A stretch of DNA of 64,000 nt, from positions 55,862,001-55,926,000 of the forward strand of contig OZ024740.1 of NCBI GenBank assembly GCA_964016885.1, read 5' to 3'. The DNA is from Eledone cirrhosa. Taxonomy: Eukaryota. The position numbers and the translations under genes are program-made. Below the pieces are notes generated by a model. That model made no database searches. It was not told the DNA's origin and worked only from the letters and a program-made list of their open reading frames with translations. Shown piece by piece: positions 1 through 14,944 of this stretch. The stretch's first letter is position 1. Each line of letters begins with the position of its first letter.

Positions 1-504
1 AAGAAAAACGTTGGTTAATGTGACAGCTATAGAGATTTTAAAATGTAGGATACTACAAGTTATGGTTATGTAGGAAAACATCTCATGAATTATAACTGTC
101 CACGAAGGGCGCTAAAAGAGGATTTAAAGAGAGGGAAAGATAAAGGGGAGTAATATATGCAGAAAGAGATTTTTTTTTCCCCTAAAAGTTAAACGGTTAA
201 GTTTCAAAATATTTAATTTATGTTATTTTAAGGGTGAAGAATCAAGATTTTAGGTTTTTTTAAAGTTGATGGTTATTTATATTTATTAATTTTATAAATT
301 CTATAAGTGTGTTAACATTTCTAAACTTCTGAATTTTATGAGAATAAAATTTAAAGGATTTACCTGGCCAGCGAAAAGAAAATTTACACTGTTGAATATT
401 TTCCTAAATGTAATCTTTAACGAAAATTGCCTATAAAAATGTCAACAATTTCGGTATGTAAAGCTTATGAAGTACTTATTGTTAGAAATTTCTAAATAAC
501 GATT

Positions 505-1075
505 AGGTATATAGAGATATATTAAATATTAATGAGCCAGTATATTTTAGGTAAATGATAACGAATATAAAATAATAGATTCAAACATGCTCAAGTTAAA
601 TAGATACATATATATAAAAGGGTGTAAATGCATGAATGATTCACAGTTCAAAATAAATAATCTAAAAATGTAAAAGTTATTTAAAAATTAGGTATAGAGA
701 GATACAGAGAGATATATATAGATATATATTAAGTATTAGTGATACAGTATACTTTAGGTAAATGATAACGATTATAATCTTATATAATAGATTTCAACGT
801 ACTACAGTTAAATACATATATATATATATAAGAAAAATAATAATAAATGCATGGATAATTCAGAGTTCAAAATAAGGTCCGTAAAAAATTTACAGGTTGG
901 ATATTTGCTCTATATTTGAATCATGGATAGAAATATAAGGTAGGTATATTTAAAAACTTACAAAAGATAAGTACATACATATTATAAATAAAAAATGTAA
1001 ACACATGAATGATTCACAGTTAAAAATAAGTTCCGTAAAAATATACAGGTTGGATATTTAAACTAAAATTTAAAA
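505..1075. repeat. Diverged tandem sub-repeats (~190-210 bp) in the PLE 3' region
   Basis: Recurrent taggtaaatgataacga and catg..tgattcacagtt.aaaataa blocks. Confidence 0.65.
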
Positions 1076-1245
1076 CTTAGATAGGAAAATAAAAATAGAG
1101 AAATAATGGTATGGATCAAAGTTAATAATACTATGTTATGTATATCAACGTGTGAGCGTGTTATTGAACAAGTGTCATTCATTCGAGCGTTATTTCTTCT
1201 ATAGATAATACAATATTAAAGGCCATTAATGTTTTTCCATGTTGG

Positions 1246-1974
1246 TTATTTACGTTTGAAAACCAAGTTCTCTTTTTTTCTGGTTTTGTGGGAGGCTAGG
1301 AATGTAGACGTAGCTTTATGAAGGCAACTAGAGAATAATTCACTTTTTTTGTTAATTAGGGTCTCATAGTTATTAATAATCAACAGGGTCTCCATTGTAC
1401 AGAGCGCGCAGTTATTTGATATACTAGAGTTGCGGTAAGCTCCACAATTCCGAAGTTTTGTCCAAAGAATGGAGTATTTTAAATTCCTCTCTGTTAATGA
1501 CCATATGAGCTGTGATAAAGAAGTGGATGATTTCCTCTTGGAGTTCGAGAATGAGCATTTATGTTTCGCAAATCTGGCTTTAAATTTAGAAGTGGTTCCT
1601 ATGTAGTTGTATGTGTTGTGATCAGTTTTTACGGTGCATTTATAAACCAAATTACTATCTAGACAATTATTTTGCAGAGGGCAGTCAGTTTTATTTCTAC
1701 AATTACATTTTGGTTTAGTATCATTTATGTTAACGCTATTATTAAGATCATTATGCTGGTTTTGTTTTAGAATTTTAGTGTTTAATTTGGCAATGTTTTG
1801 GGCCATGTTCATAGTTGTAGAATACGAGAATTTAATGGTGTCTCTATTAAAAATGGAATGGTATTTATGTTGAGTAGGGAAAGAGGTGTCCAAAGCATTA
1901 AAGAATAATTTTGCAATTGGTGTTCTAACTGCCACCGAAGCAGGGGGGGGGGGCATATGACTGATTTTCCTCAA
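1246..1974 (-). pseudogene. PLE linker plus GIY-YIG endonuclease (fragment of a frameshifted ORF)
   Basis: CNCRNKTDCPLQNNCL motif, LVYKC..YIGTT..FKARFAKHKCSF, CALCTMETLLI, LINKKSELFSSCLH. Confidence 0.9.
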
Positions 1975-2059
1975 TTTATTTGGCGTATGGGTGTTTGAAT
2001 TATAAATATTAGAGTTTCATTTATATATATTATTATTTTTATCAAGATTAAGAGTTGGA

Positions 2060-2480
2060 TTATTATTATCTACATATTCTATATTATTCACATATCCTGC
2101 TCTTTTTAACGCGTTGTTGTAATATTCAGCGTTTTCGTCAAATATAGCTTTATAGGCTGATATTTTATTAATTCGTTTTTGCACACTATTTACTATAGCC
2201 TTTTTTTTACAGATTTGGGGTGATTGGAATGGTTACTAACATAGTTTAAGTTTTCATTGGGCTTATGAAAAGGGTAATAAAAGCCAGTGTTTAAGTTAAA
2301 CGTAACGTCTAGGAAATTAACTATTTTGGTACCATTTTCTACTTCTAACTTAAGGTCATACATTTTAAAGAATTCTATTATACTATTCTTTACTCTATTT
2401 AGTTCTATATTGTTGTGTTTGACCACCGTAAATAAAATGTCGTCCCTATATAAACCACCTATATAAACCACCAAATTCAC
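2060..2480 (-). pseudogene. PLE reverse transcriptase C-terminal part and thumb
   Basis: YRDD catalytic motif, FLDVT and SNHP motifs; frameshift near 2200. Confidence 0.85.
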
Positions 2481-2706
2481 GAGATGTTTTCCTACATAAC
2501 CATAATTGTAGTATCCTACATTTTAAAATCTCTATAGCTGTCACATTAACCAACGTTTTTCTTACTCACAAATTCTCTATTGAATTTAATACGTTTTCGC
2601 ATTTTCTCATTATTAGGGTATAAGTGTTGAGTTTTCTCTTAGGTTAATTACTACCTTGATTAAATCTTAACCATTTAACATCTCAGCGTATGTCATGTAT
2701 CATTAT

Positions 2707-2758
2707 ATTTTGTCTGATGAGGACGTACTTTTGTACCTCTGAAATATGTATAATAAAA
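2707..2758 (+). ncRNA. Minimal type-I hammerhead ribozyme motif in the PLE pLTR
   Basis: ttttgt-CTGATGA-(gtac tttt gtac hairpin)-GAAA-TATGTA-TA-ataaaa; near-palindromic stem III; stem I pairs; stem II base imperfect. Confidence 0.7.
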
Positions 2759-2898
2759 TTTAATTGATCAAAAGAACATCTATTTTATTAATATTTGTAT
2801 TTTAATATTAATAACTCTGGAGAATTATTTCTTGTAGACTGCTTCCAATCTACTGTAAAACTCATTCTTTGATGTACTCATTGAATCTTGTTTAAGTC

Positions 2899-2973
<75 letters not shown>

Positions 2974-3676
2974 TAACTGTATACACCCGTTTCTATTCCC
3001 AACGTATACTTCCGTTCCTCTTATCGATCTCTATCCTTCTATTTCATCTATTTCTCATTCTAACTTCTGATAGTAATATATAGGTAGGGAAAGAGCAACA
3101 CACGTCCGTAAGGTGAGTTTGAATATATTTATTAAGGCCAGTTACTAGATCGGCGCCGAATAGGTACATAGGTTTCGAAAGTGCTGAGTTGGTCCTCAAT
3201 GCTCACGTAACGCACATACTTGATATGGCAACGGTGTTGTAGGTGGCCTTAATATTTATATACATATATATATATTTGTGTGTGTGTGGGCGAGCTTGAG
3301 GTTGTGTGTGTCTGTATGTGTGTGTGTCTGTGTGTGTGTGTTTAGATCTCATGACTGCGCTTTTGTAAAATCAATGGTATACGCAGGAATGGTGCCGGAG
3401 AAAATTATATAAACCCTGAACAAATTCAGAAATAGACATACATAACATACACTTTACTTTATACTATACGTGCACATTTACAATGATCAGGTTAGCAGTG
3501 ATTTTAAAATTATGCATATATACATAAATTCACATACATATATGTGTATATATATGTGTATATATAGATATATATAGATATACATACGTATATGTATGTG
3601 TATATATATATATATAAATTTATTTGTGTACAAACAGAAACACGTACATCCAAACATACACGGGCAGACATACATG

Positions 3677-3715
<39 letters not shown>

Positions 3716-3955
3716 CTTCCCGCGTATGTTTGGATGTACTTGTTTCTATTTGTACAAAAATAAATATATGATGTGACATAGTATTGTATTTTCTTCATTT
3801 TATTAGAGAAATGTAATTTGTCCGCCTGTGGAATAACATTACTGTGTCATATAATAAGAATACGTTGAAATATAATTATGTTATACTCTTTAATATATAA
3901 ACAAACCACCCTATATATATATAGTGTGTGAGTGGGTGTGTGTGTGTATATATAT

Positions 3956-3986
<31 letters not shown>

Positions 3987-4089
3987 TATGTGTACAAATA
4001 TGTAAGTAAGTATGTACGTATGTATGTATATATATATATATATACCTACATATATATGTGTGTGTGTATATATATATATGTGTATATAA

Positions 4090-4147
<58 letters not shown>

Positions 4148-4173
4148 ATTATTACTATATATATATATATTGT

Positions 4174-4229
<56 letters not shown>

Positions 4230-4801
4230 TATTTTTCTTTTTCTTCACATCATTATTTTTATTATTATTATTATTATTTGTTATTATTGTTATTATTATC
4301 ATAGTTTCTTCAAAATCAGAAAATTTCATTTTCTTCTGTACTACTTGCCTGAACCCACAGGAAGGTTTTATAACTTGGTAAATTTGTGATTAGACGTGAA
4401 ACATATTTGACTGTTGCTAAAAACATAGCATTCTGTGATATTTTTGTGGTTTTAATAACTTTCGTTTTGCTTTCTTCGTGTAGGAATGTTAGAGGCGTTT
4501 AATTAATTTATTGAATTTACTAAGAAACATACAATATCAAAAGTGACATTCTCTCCACCCTTACAGTATATTTCGCTCGAAGATGCATTCAGTATATAAC
4601 GCAGATCATAGCTAAAGAGAAAATATAATATAAACGGGAAAATTAACTAATTCTACTTTTTCAACAGTAGTATAATAACATAAAATTTGTTTGATTATTC
4701 ATTTGTTTATCCTTTTGTTTGCAAAATCTCTGAAAGCAAAAACAGTAATATGTTTTAGATATTGTGTTAATGTAGCATATAGTAAATATACATTTCTAAA
4801 T

Positions 4802-4834
<33 letters not shown>

Positions 4835-4860
4835 CATAAATTCAGAACACAGACACACAG

Positions 4861-4936
<76 letters not shown>

Positions 4937-5002
4937 TATATATATATATATTTATAGTTCAAGAAAACGACAAAACAGCGGTACAAAACGTCTTATATAT
5001 AT

Positions 5003-5033
<31 letters not shown>

Positions 5034-5036
5034 CAG

Positions 5037-5157
<121 letters not shown>

Positions 5158-5505
5158 AGAGAGAGACATGTATAAATGAAAGCACAAGTGATTTAGAGTA
5201 CGTTGAAAATAAAAAATTTAGAAAATAAAATGAGAACCTTTCCTCGTAAATTGACTATTAAAATAATCCAGCATTAGGGTATATAGGTCCTCATAAAGAA
5301 ACATCACTACAAGGGTCTTCGTTCATGATATTGTAGAAATATAGTCTCGCTGGATTGAAGCATTTTCCTCACTTTCTCTAATCAGTCAGTAGATTCTGTT
5401 TGAAAGTATACACTTTATGGTGTGTGCTCCCCTCATTCAATGTCACCTCACTCTTTATACACATTCCCAAACACGCAATCATACACACGCAGAGATGGAT
5501 CCATG

Positions 5506-5548
<43 letters not shown>

Positions 5549-5614
5549 ATAACAATAAATTTGAAGACTAAAATCCAAAGAGGGCTCGATAAGGATATAT
5601 ATATATACATATAG

Positions 5615-6930
5615 TGTTACAAAATTCCAGAGGACGAGTTCGGTATAGAGTTAGTTCCACAAAAATTAGCAAACCCTATTTGAGGATACGTGTTTCATCA
5701 GAGGAATTATTCAGCTAGTGTATGGTTATAGCGAGAACGGAAATATATGTGAGCTAGCTGGATTCTGCAGATGTCGGTAATTTGATGACAAGGGAGACAA
5801 GTCAAATTTGACTTTTGTAGCGGACATCTTTTGAAGTATGATCACTTGTGCTAGTTCAGTCCGCGTTAAACTTCTAGTTATCATGGGTTCTCCCAGCTAC
5901 GTAATAGAAACTTCGCAGCGTGCGGGCAGCTATTAAAAAAATCTGCTCCCGTCTTATGTCAAGTACTCTTACGTAACCTCTGCAAAATATTCACTTTTTC
6001 ATCGATACACAACTTACAGGACACTGCTCCATTTCCATATGGCCTCGATTTTGTTAGAAATCTCCATTGAATGGCGAAATTCAGTCTGCATCCTTGAGTA
6101 ACAAAACGTGGCTTGCCAACTTCATGAACTATCCTTTATCAGAGAAAATATACCAGTCCTCCGACATTACTACATCTGTTTTGACCTCCTGGTGTTGATG
6201 CGGCCGAGTGGATGTAACTTCAGCATCATAGACGACTGCTGGTGTGTTACACTGTTGATTAAGAGGGCATGATTGCAGCTTTCTGCAAGAAGATCTGGGT
6301 TGGGGAGAGCTCTTGGAGTCGTTGGTGATGTGGTGTTTCATATTTTTAACTAAGGAATATCCGAGTTTCACCGTATGTCTTTTAAAAATAGGTCTTTATT
6401 TATGTCATATGGGGAAGTGTTTATCTTAGAAGGCTAATAATTTATTACCTTCACGAGAAAAGTGGGCAGGACCGAATCATATTTTATTTCTAATTTTCTT
6501 TCTACTTGTAGTGAGATTAGGAAGGGAGTAAGAATTTTTATCGGAGAGCCGCTGTTGGCTAATGCATTGTTATAGTAAGCTGCCGCTATGTCAAAGATGG
6601 CTTTGTTAAAAGAAATATTAGAAATCCTAGTGCTGATCTTTTTAATGACGTTTTTAAAAACCGTAAGTGGGTGATATGAGTCCTTGTGTATATAAGTTAA
6701 TTCTTTATTAAGTGTGTGGAAAGGTCTCAATGTGTGTGTACGAAGGTCTAGGTTGGTGTCTAAATAATTGACGCTAGTCAGATAGGGGGCTACAGTGATC
6801 TTAATTCCTAAATCATAGGACTTCCATAAGTCTGTCAAGGTCGTGACAGCTTTTATGGCTCGATTGGTTCAGACCTTCATCATGATATAAAGACGTGTGG
6901 AAGTCCAGACATTTGACAGGCAATGTATCT
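5615..6930 (-). mobile_element. Decayed Naiad-type PLE fragment (RT end, thumb, endonuclease)
   Basis: VNYLDTNLDL..LRPFH..YIHKDSYHP..RISNIS..AAAYYNNAL; SCRKLQSCPLNQQC..VVYDAEV. Confidence 0.8.
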
Positions 6931-6967
6931 AATATATATATATAACCCAACCGAATCGAATACATCA

Positions 6968-7161
6968 GCGCGGTGGATTGGCAGGATTGGTAGAGGATCG
7001 GACGCCATGCTTTGCAGCAAAGAGTTACGGTCCTTTATGATCTGAGTTCAAATCCCACCGAGGTTATCTTTGCCTTTTATCCTTACGGGGTCGATAAAAT
7101 AAAGTACCAGTAATACATTGGGATAATTGCTGGCCTTATGCTAAAAGTAGAAACAATTATT
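6968..7161 (+). mobile_element. tRNA-derived SINE, family A
   Basis: A-box-like head, B box gagttcaaatccc, conserved gccttt.atcctt.cggggtcgataaaataaagtacc body; several copies in the window. Confidence 0.8.
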
Positions 7162-8752
7162 TAATGATCCCTTTGAGGCATCAAATAGTTATGAGGTAGT
7201 TAATTTGTGCTACACCATAACTGAAGAGGGGGACTTTTGTGCAGTGGGTAATGACATGTCTATCTAAGTCATAGTCGGAGGTATAAGTTGGGGGTACTTC
7301 AACGCTTCATCAAGCGGAGTCACCGAGATCGACGGGTAGAAGTCCACTATGTCGAACTGGGTGAATTTATCTTTAACAACAGAATCGCTGTTTTCGCACT
7401 TGTACAGTTTGGATTTCTAGCTAATTTCTTGCTATCTAGTCCTCTAAAAATATCTTTACTAACTATCCCCCTAGCTAGTTTCTTTTCTATATTAATTCCC
7501 CTTCTATATCTCTTTCTCACTTCCTTTCTGTCACTTTCTATATTTCTCTGGAAGAAATCTGCTGTTATCAAGCCTGGAGAAGAATGGGCTCTGCAATCTT
7601 AAAATGCCCATGTAACGCCGTATGTAAACACGGTGTCTCTACGACTCCATCATGCATGTATGCTTATGTAGTTAACTGTTTCAGATATCTATATATATTA
7701 TGTATTTACTTTGCATTCGTAAAATATATGTATACTTCTTATAATATATTTTTTTCTTTCGCTGTAACAGTATTTTATTTCTCTCTTGCAAATAACCCAT
7801 CCGTTGAATAAAATATACTTGACCCTTCAAGATTCAACAAGAATTAAATAAGTTGTCAACACCATTTATTCCTTACAGGTGTTATTATATGCTTGGATAC
7901 GCCGCATTAAATGAATAAATATATATCTCCAACTGACAGATGGAAAACAGTTAGGTGTCCATGGTAGGGTGCCATTACGAATTAGCGCTAATGTAAAGTG
8001 TCTATCGGTGGGTGAGTCTATCAGGAAAAAGACTAGTTTCATTTATGTGCATTAACATACTTTTAAATATATACATTTTATCAGTTTATAGGAAGGTATC
8101 ATTTATTGTAGGGATGAGAACGATATATAATTTGTATTACAAACCCCAGTTATTGTCTATGATTAACCGGAGCTAACTACAAAAATATTATGAATATATG
8201 ACTATACAATCAAGAGTGTAATTCTGAAATAGAATTCACATAATTATTTCACCAGTGATGATTTTTAGAAATTCCTAATATTCGATACTTGTATCCTCTC
8301 CTATAAAATCTAGTAAAAAAGTCCAATATTAAATATAAATATAGCGCTATGATGTTTTACGTGAGCTGGTATAAAATCATGTTTCTAGTAAATTAACATG
8401 CCTTACACATCAAAAAACATTTTAGGATGGTATAGACAATCACAAAATATTAATCTCCTTTCTTCAAAATGTCTTACCTTATGATTATATATATCGTATG
8501 AGGCGAGACTACATTGAGTGGAGGCTAACAATTCGTTTCTAGTGACCGACTGGGAGGATTTCACTTCACTGAAAAAACTAATAGCTGTTAGAACGACATA
8601 AATATCAATATCTATTATTTTATATATGAATGACGTCTTGTAAATATACAAGTATAATACAATTTTGTTGTTTCTGTCAGCTTTGTCTTTCGAAACATCT
8701 TTTTTATATATGTGTACTACTATGACTGTTATATATATAACTACACACGCAC

Positions 8753-8783
<31 letters not shown>

Positions 8784-8900
8784 TTTATATATATATTCAT
8801 ATATATTCATATGCATACATACATATATACATATTTACATATATATTTGAGTGTCTGTGTATGATTGTATGTATACATATGTACGTGTATACATATGTAC

Positions 8901-8970
<70 letters not shown>

Positions 8971-9019
8971 AGTAAGTATGTTTTGAAACAGTGACCAGGT
9001 TTGAAATTAGAAAATAGAA

Positions 9020-9119
9020 TAGCTTTCACCGTATTTTTGACTAAAGGAATTTTAGTCTGATACTGCTTCTAAACCCCATTATCAGACTAAAATTCCTTTA
9101 GTCAAAAATACGATGAAAG

Positions 9120-9122
<3 letters not shown>
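9020..9122. repeat. Fold-back mini-element (~43 bp arms) between (TA)n tracts; same family at 25817-25920 and 52840-52941
   Basis: agctttcaccgtatttttgactaaaggaattttagtctgata followed by its reverse complement. Confidence 0.85.
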
Positions 9123-9170
<48 letters not shown>

Positions 9171-10689
9171 TATATGTATGTATATATGATAACTTCCACG
9201 AAGTACTCCTTGCACCGTATCTGGTTATGAAATCCCTGAATTGAAATTTAAGAATTCGAAATGTCCGAGTGTTGGATACGTTATTATGTTTTCTTCACTG
9301 CTAAGACAGAGCAGGAGACTTATTGACGCCACTCTGCTTGCTCGGGCTTGATAACAGCAGGTTCTACAGTAAGTTAGCCTCGAGGTGTAATTGGGTACGC
9401 TTGGCTTTTAGTGCTATGATAACGTGTTGGAAGTTTATTTGCAGCTATTTATTTATTCTTCCTTTTCATACAAACTTTCTTTTAACTTACGTCTCCGCAT
9501 TACCAAATGTTCTACAGTTAATGTTGTCTGTGGAAACTTCTTTAATATTCCGAACATTTCAAAGTGTATCTTACAATAGAAAGAAAAACGTAATATATAT
9601 ATATAGCTTTCAACCTGGCCTCTTCTGTTTATTTTATATCACAATAAAGTGAAGTCTTTTCAGTGGTTATGTAAAATATTTGCTTATGATTTACTGATTG
9701 ACAGTTAGTAACTTATCAGTATCTGTGGGTGGAGTAAGATACTCTCAGTAACTTTTAAACATAACATATGTTGATATTTGTATTAGATTATTGCATAGCA
9801 TTAATATTTGCTTCTACATATATATTTGCAACTGTATACTGCATGTGTTCGTTTTTACTTTATTTGGAGAAAAAATATATGGCACAGTTCAATTCTTCCG
9901 AGGAGGCTGACAAGACACGCTTGTTTTAAAGAAAAGGGAATAAATTATCGTAACAGAAATTTATGAATTAAGTACCAGACTTAAATCATTACTGGAGATC
10001 CATGTGATTGAGTAAAACTTTTGTCAAACTATAATTGCATCCCATTGACAAAGAATAAAAAAATACAAATGATGATAAAAGGTGTAACGCCAGAAAACCT
10101 GAACAGGCGAGAGTGTGGATATTCGAAGCCCCGGCTGTCAAAAGACGTTATGAACTGTATCCCTTTGGGAAGGAGGATTTGCCTCTTGAAAATTAGGCTG
10201 AGAGAAAGGTCTCTGTGAGTAGTGCAAGTGTATGTGCCAAACAAAATTCCCAAATACAGATCCTTCCTTGATTAAGTCACTCCATTCTTAATCCCTGAAA
10301 AGGCATATATCCTAAGAGCAGATTCAATGAACATTTTGCACTGGCTACCTGACACGGAAAGGATTGATTAGAAGGAAAGGTGATCCAAATCTAAATACAA
10401 ATGAAGAGACCTTATTAGACTTCTCTTCTAGCGGGGAATTACATCATGTTAAGTCACCCGGTAAAGTTTATGTTTCGTGTCTGGGAGATTGTCGAATAGC
10501 GTGGTGCCCCCCACCCCGGACACATCACAGCAGACCAAATATTCTCCTGGGAACAGGTCTTTGTGAAATCGTGTGAGTATTGCCAGTTTCCTAGATCTCG
10601 AAAAGGCATATACAACCGTTCCAGCAGACCTGTTGTGGAAGGCTTTGTAGGAATACGTGGTCGGTAAACAGCTTCTTGTTTCACTTATG

Positions 10690-11190
10690 TCTCTATACGA
10701 ATGTCTTCGTATTTGTGATCGGATAAATCGTGCTAAGTCTAATCCATTAAAGGTGGGTGTCGGCTCTTCATGTGCGTATCCGTTTCTGAAGTGGTATCGA
10801 AACTGTTGGATGTAGGCTGGAATATGCGGACGACATTGTACAACTTAATTCATCAGAAGATCTCCGGCATAACGAGTATATCGAGTAAAGCTTCTCGATA
10901 GAGTTCGTAGTTCCGATATCATAGTGTCGTTCCAGCTTGCGTTGCTACCTGTCCGAATTGAGATGCCACAGCTTAGATATTACGGACATGTGGGTAGAAT
11001 GTCTGAGGAAAGAATCGCTGGACAGATTTTAGCGGCAAAACCAACTGACAGGAGACCCAGGGGTAGACCTCGAGCGCAATAGTTGGATGACATACATGAG
11101 CTCAGGAACCGCTGGAAGGAATGTTTGAAGATTCTTCCACCACGATACTCCCAGTCATAGAAGAAGAAGAAGAAGAAGAAGAAGAAGAAG
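10690..11190 (+). mobile_element. RTE-clade LINE 3' fragment with (GAA)n tail
   Basis: QLRYYGHVGRMSEERIA..ILAAKPTDRRPRGRPR; similar to 56655-57093. Confidence 0.8.
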
Positions 11191-11559
11191 GGAGGAGATG
11201 ACAAGAGTAAGAAACTTTCTTGGTAGATTAGTTATAACGGAAAACAAAAAAAATATCATACGGCTTTAGATGCGAGAGTTTTGCGTTCTAAGTCAAAATC
11301 TCGTTAAGAACAATGATTCCTGTAATTTTTCTGGTGATAAATAAAATGACAGTCAAATACAGGGTCCATATAATACGTTACTCCATATCACAGTCATCAT
11401 AAAAATCCTCGACTCGTGCTTCTGAAATATATCGTTATATCTATATATTGCAATAAAGGGTTGAAATATAAGCCCCATATTTTTTCTCTTTTCCTTACAT
11501 TATCTCTCATTCAACCCTTGGGCTTTGAATGAGAGATAATGTAAGGAAAAGAGAAAAGA

Positions 11560-11751
11560 GGGTGGTGGATTGGCAGTATCGGTAGAGGGTCGGATGCCAT
11601 GCTTTGACGCATAGAGTTACGAACCTTGCCATTCTGAGTTCAAATCCAGCCGAGGTTAACTTTGCTTTTCATCCTTATTGGGTCAATAAAATAAAGTACC
11701 GATAATACACTGGATAATTGCTGGCCTTGTGCCAAAAGTAGAAACAATTAT
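11560..11751 (+). mobile_element. SINE family A
   Basis: Colinear with 6968-7161. Confidence 0.8.
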
Positions 11752-11942
11752 CTCTCATTCAACCGAGAGTGGAAAATAAGGAATAAAAATATATATACAT
11801 CATGGTTGATTAAAGTGTACGGTAGATATCTTAACAAAATGTCTTTCATTGCTCCTAATAATTTCGGTCATTCAGATTATGAACTTACCAAAAATATCCA
11901 CTAATAGTCCATTTGATACGACATAAGTTTTTGTCTACGCGT

Positions 11943-12480
<538 letters not shown>

Positions 12481-13871
12481 ATTTACAGGCATCAACACAA
12501 ACACATTAATATATTAATGGATGTATGCGCATTTAATAAGTATGTGTCTATAAATTGTGTGCGTGTGTATGTGTGATTGTGTATAATGAATATTTGTGTT
12601 TTATGTATATGAACGTATGAGTGTGTATGTCTGTTTAGTAGTTAATTTTCAGTAAGTATTTCACACGCTAATTGCATATCTCCGTACATTGTGGAATTCG
12701 CCATAGTTGCAGTCTGGACGGCGCCAAAATAGCAGAGAATTACATCATATTGCTTCTTCAGGCTGAAATATGCAAATTACTGATTTCTTAACGGATGCTT
12801 ATCGTGTCACTTTGCATGCACCAAACTGTTGCGTCTTTATCGTAAATAGGTTTGGACAAGTTCGGACCTTCCTTGGCGACTGGCTGGTTCCTTTCACTAA
12901 TCAACCAGAGTACGGTGACGGATTTCTGCTAATTTTGACTAATAATTTTAGCTGGTGCATAAGTTATTATAATCAATTTAATACCGCCGACCCGTTTCTG
13001 TCTGACGTCTCGACTAGCACAACGATGTCTAGGTGCCGCTTGTTCTTTCACCAACGGGGCCTGCCAAATGTAAGTTTCACAGAAGAACAAATTTTTCTTC
13101 TACTTCTTTCTTTCTTTTTTTTGTTTGCATCTTTTTTAACCACCCTTTTCTTCAGCTACCATTACTACTACCGACACCAACACCAACACCACCACCACCT
13201 CTACTACTACGACGATGAGGACGACAACGGCGAAGATGACGACGAGGTTTGCTACTACCACTCCGCCTTTCCTCCTCCTCCTCCTCCTCCTCCACTACTA
13301 CTACTACCTCTCCTACTACTACTACTACTACTCTTACTACAACTAATACTACTACTAAAACTACTAATGCCATTACTACATTCCATCTTTGAACACTATG
13401 TAACGCAATAGAGTTGGCGATGGTGGTGATTTGGCGCTTATTCAACGGAGCAGGGTGGGGCAACATTGAATGATTTGCAATTAATCAAAAATACCCAGTT
13501 GCGATTTAACATCTCAGAACGGAATCCAACTGTAAACGAAGTTAATAAATAAATTATATGAAATAAAATCATTAAAAAAATGATAAGTACCTAAGTACTA
13601 CGTCAACTTAAGTGAATTGCTTTATTAAAAAGTTGTTGATAAACGAAGAACATTAATCCATAATGATAATAACCTTCAGAATTCATAACTTTCTGTTCAG
13701 TTATATTTTCAGGATTTTACTTAACTTTCTATAGACAAAATATCTGATTCAACAGAATAGGAATGAAAAACGCATACATAAACGCACAAACAAGTAGACG
13801 CAACATGTAAATGCCTATATACACGTGTATGTATATATGTGTTATATTATATTGCATTATATATGTATATA

Positions 13872-13961
<90 letters not shown>

Positions 13962-14774
13962 CACACATATACAGATACATGCATATACACATACACATAC
14001 ACGCACAGATACATACATAAATACATACATACATACATACATACATACATACATACATACATACATACATACATACATACATACATACATACATACGTGC
14101 GTGTGTGGGTGTATACATATATGACGAAAATTCTCAGATTTATCATATTTTCCGTCTGGTTTATGTTTTCTATTAAAAAAAGTATGAGGGTTTTGTCCTT
14201 TTCCCCCACATGATCTTGAGGGGAAAATAATATAAAACCTACGAAAACATTACTTGTATTTTATGTCTAGACTAGGATAATCTAATGTAATAAATGTAAA
14301 TGTCTAATAGATTACGATGGCTCCTATAAAGGTTCTATGACGCCAACTCAGGTGGATAGAATAGATAATATGGATAATGATTGTAGTATTTCCTGTATTA
14401 TGAGTTCGTATCTCATCTGCAGTACTACAGAAGCATCAAATCTCATTCGAAACACAGTAGCGTGAGATTTGAGGTTTAGATGAATAGATATATATATTTC
14501 TGCTAGATCTAGCTTCCACAAAAATGTATCTCTTAAGTCATGCGTAGTTATTATATACATAAAACATGTTTGATATAGCTACCATGAAGTGGTAGCTATA
14601 TCAAACATGTATAGATGAGATATTAGGATGTTATTTGAAAGAAGCTTCTATATTTCATTAAAGTTGTTACGGGGATTCTTTCAGTGTGGTAAAGATTTCT
14701 TCTAACATCTCTCTGCCTCTCTCTTAGTTAAAGGTGTATTTTAGGCAGTCTTGAAATTTTGTCGCACCGATACA

Positions 14775-14870
<96 letters not shown>

Positions 14871-14944
14871 TATATATATATTATATATATGTATTATGTT
14901 TGTCAGGCTGCTCTTCACCGCTACTGGTAACATGCAACACAGTA

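Larger units (their letters stand above)
1..2901 (-). mobile_element. 5'-truncated Naiad-type Penelope-like element with inverted pseudo-LTR; runs off the left window edge and ends in (TA)n
   Basis: RT C-terminus (GGLYRDD..VNFLDVTFNL..YYPFHKPN..YV..SNHP) followed by GIY-YIG on the minus strand; 2476-2563 is the reverse complement of 1-90; (TA)n starts at ~2903. Confidence 0.9.

Noticed and set aside
6968-7060. tRNA gene
   Set aside because: It has A/B-box-like motifs but no cloverleaf and continues into a repeated SINE body.
7221-7260. CTGAAGA as a hammerhead core (similar hits at ~12755, 19512, 34127, 53648)
   Set aside because: No correctly placed GAAA/NUH or no pairing helices.
7288-7620. 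LTR retrotransposon end (TGTAAC, motif shared with ~9340)
   Set aside because: No second LTR, PBS, PPT or gag/pol similarity.
12770-13411. 213 aa ORF with His/Asp/Pro/Leu runs
   Set aside because: The second half is compound trinucleotide repeat and no domain is recognisable.
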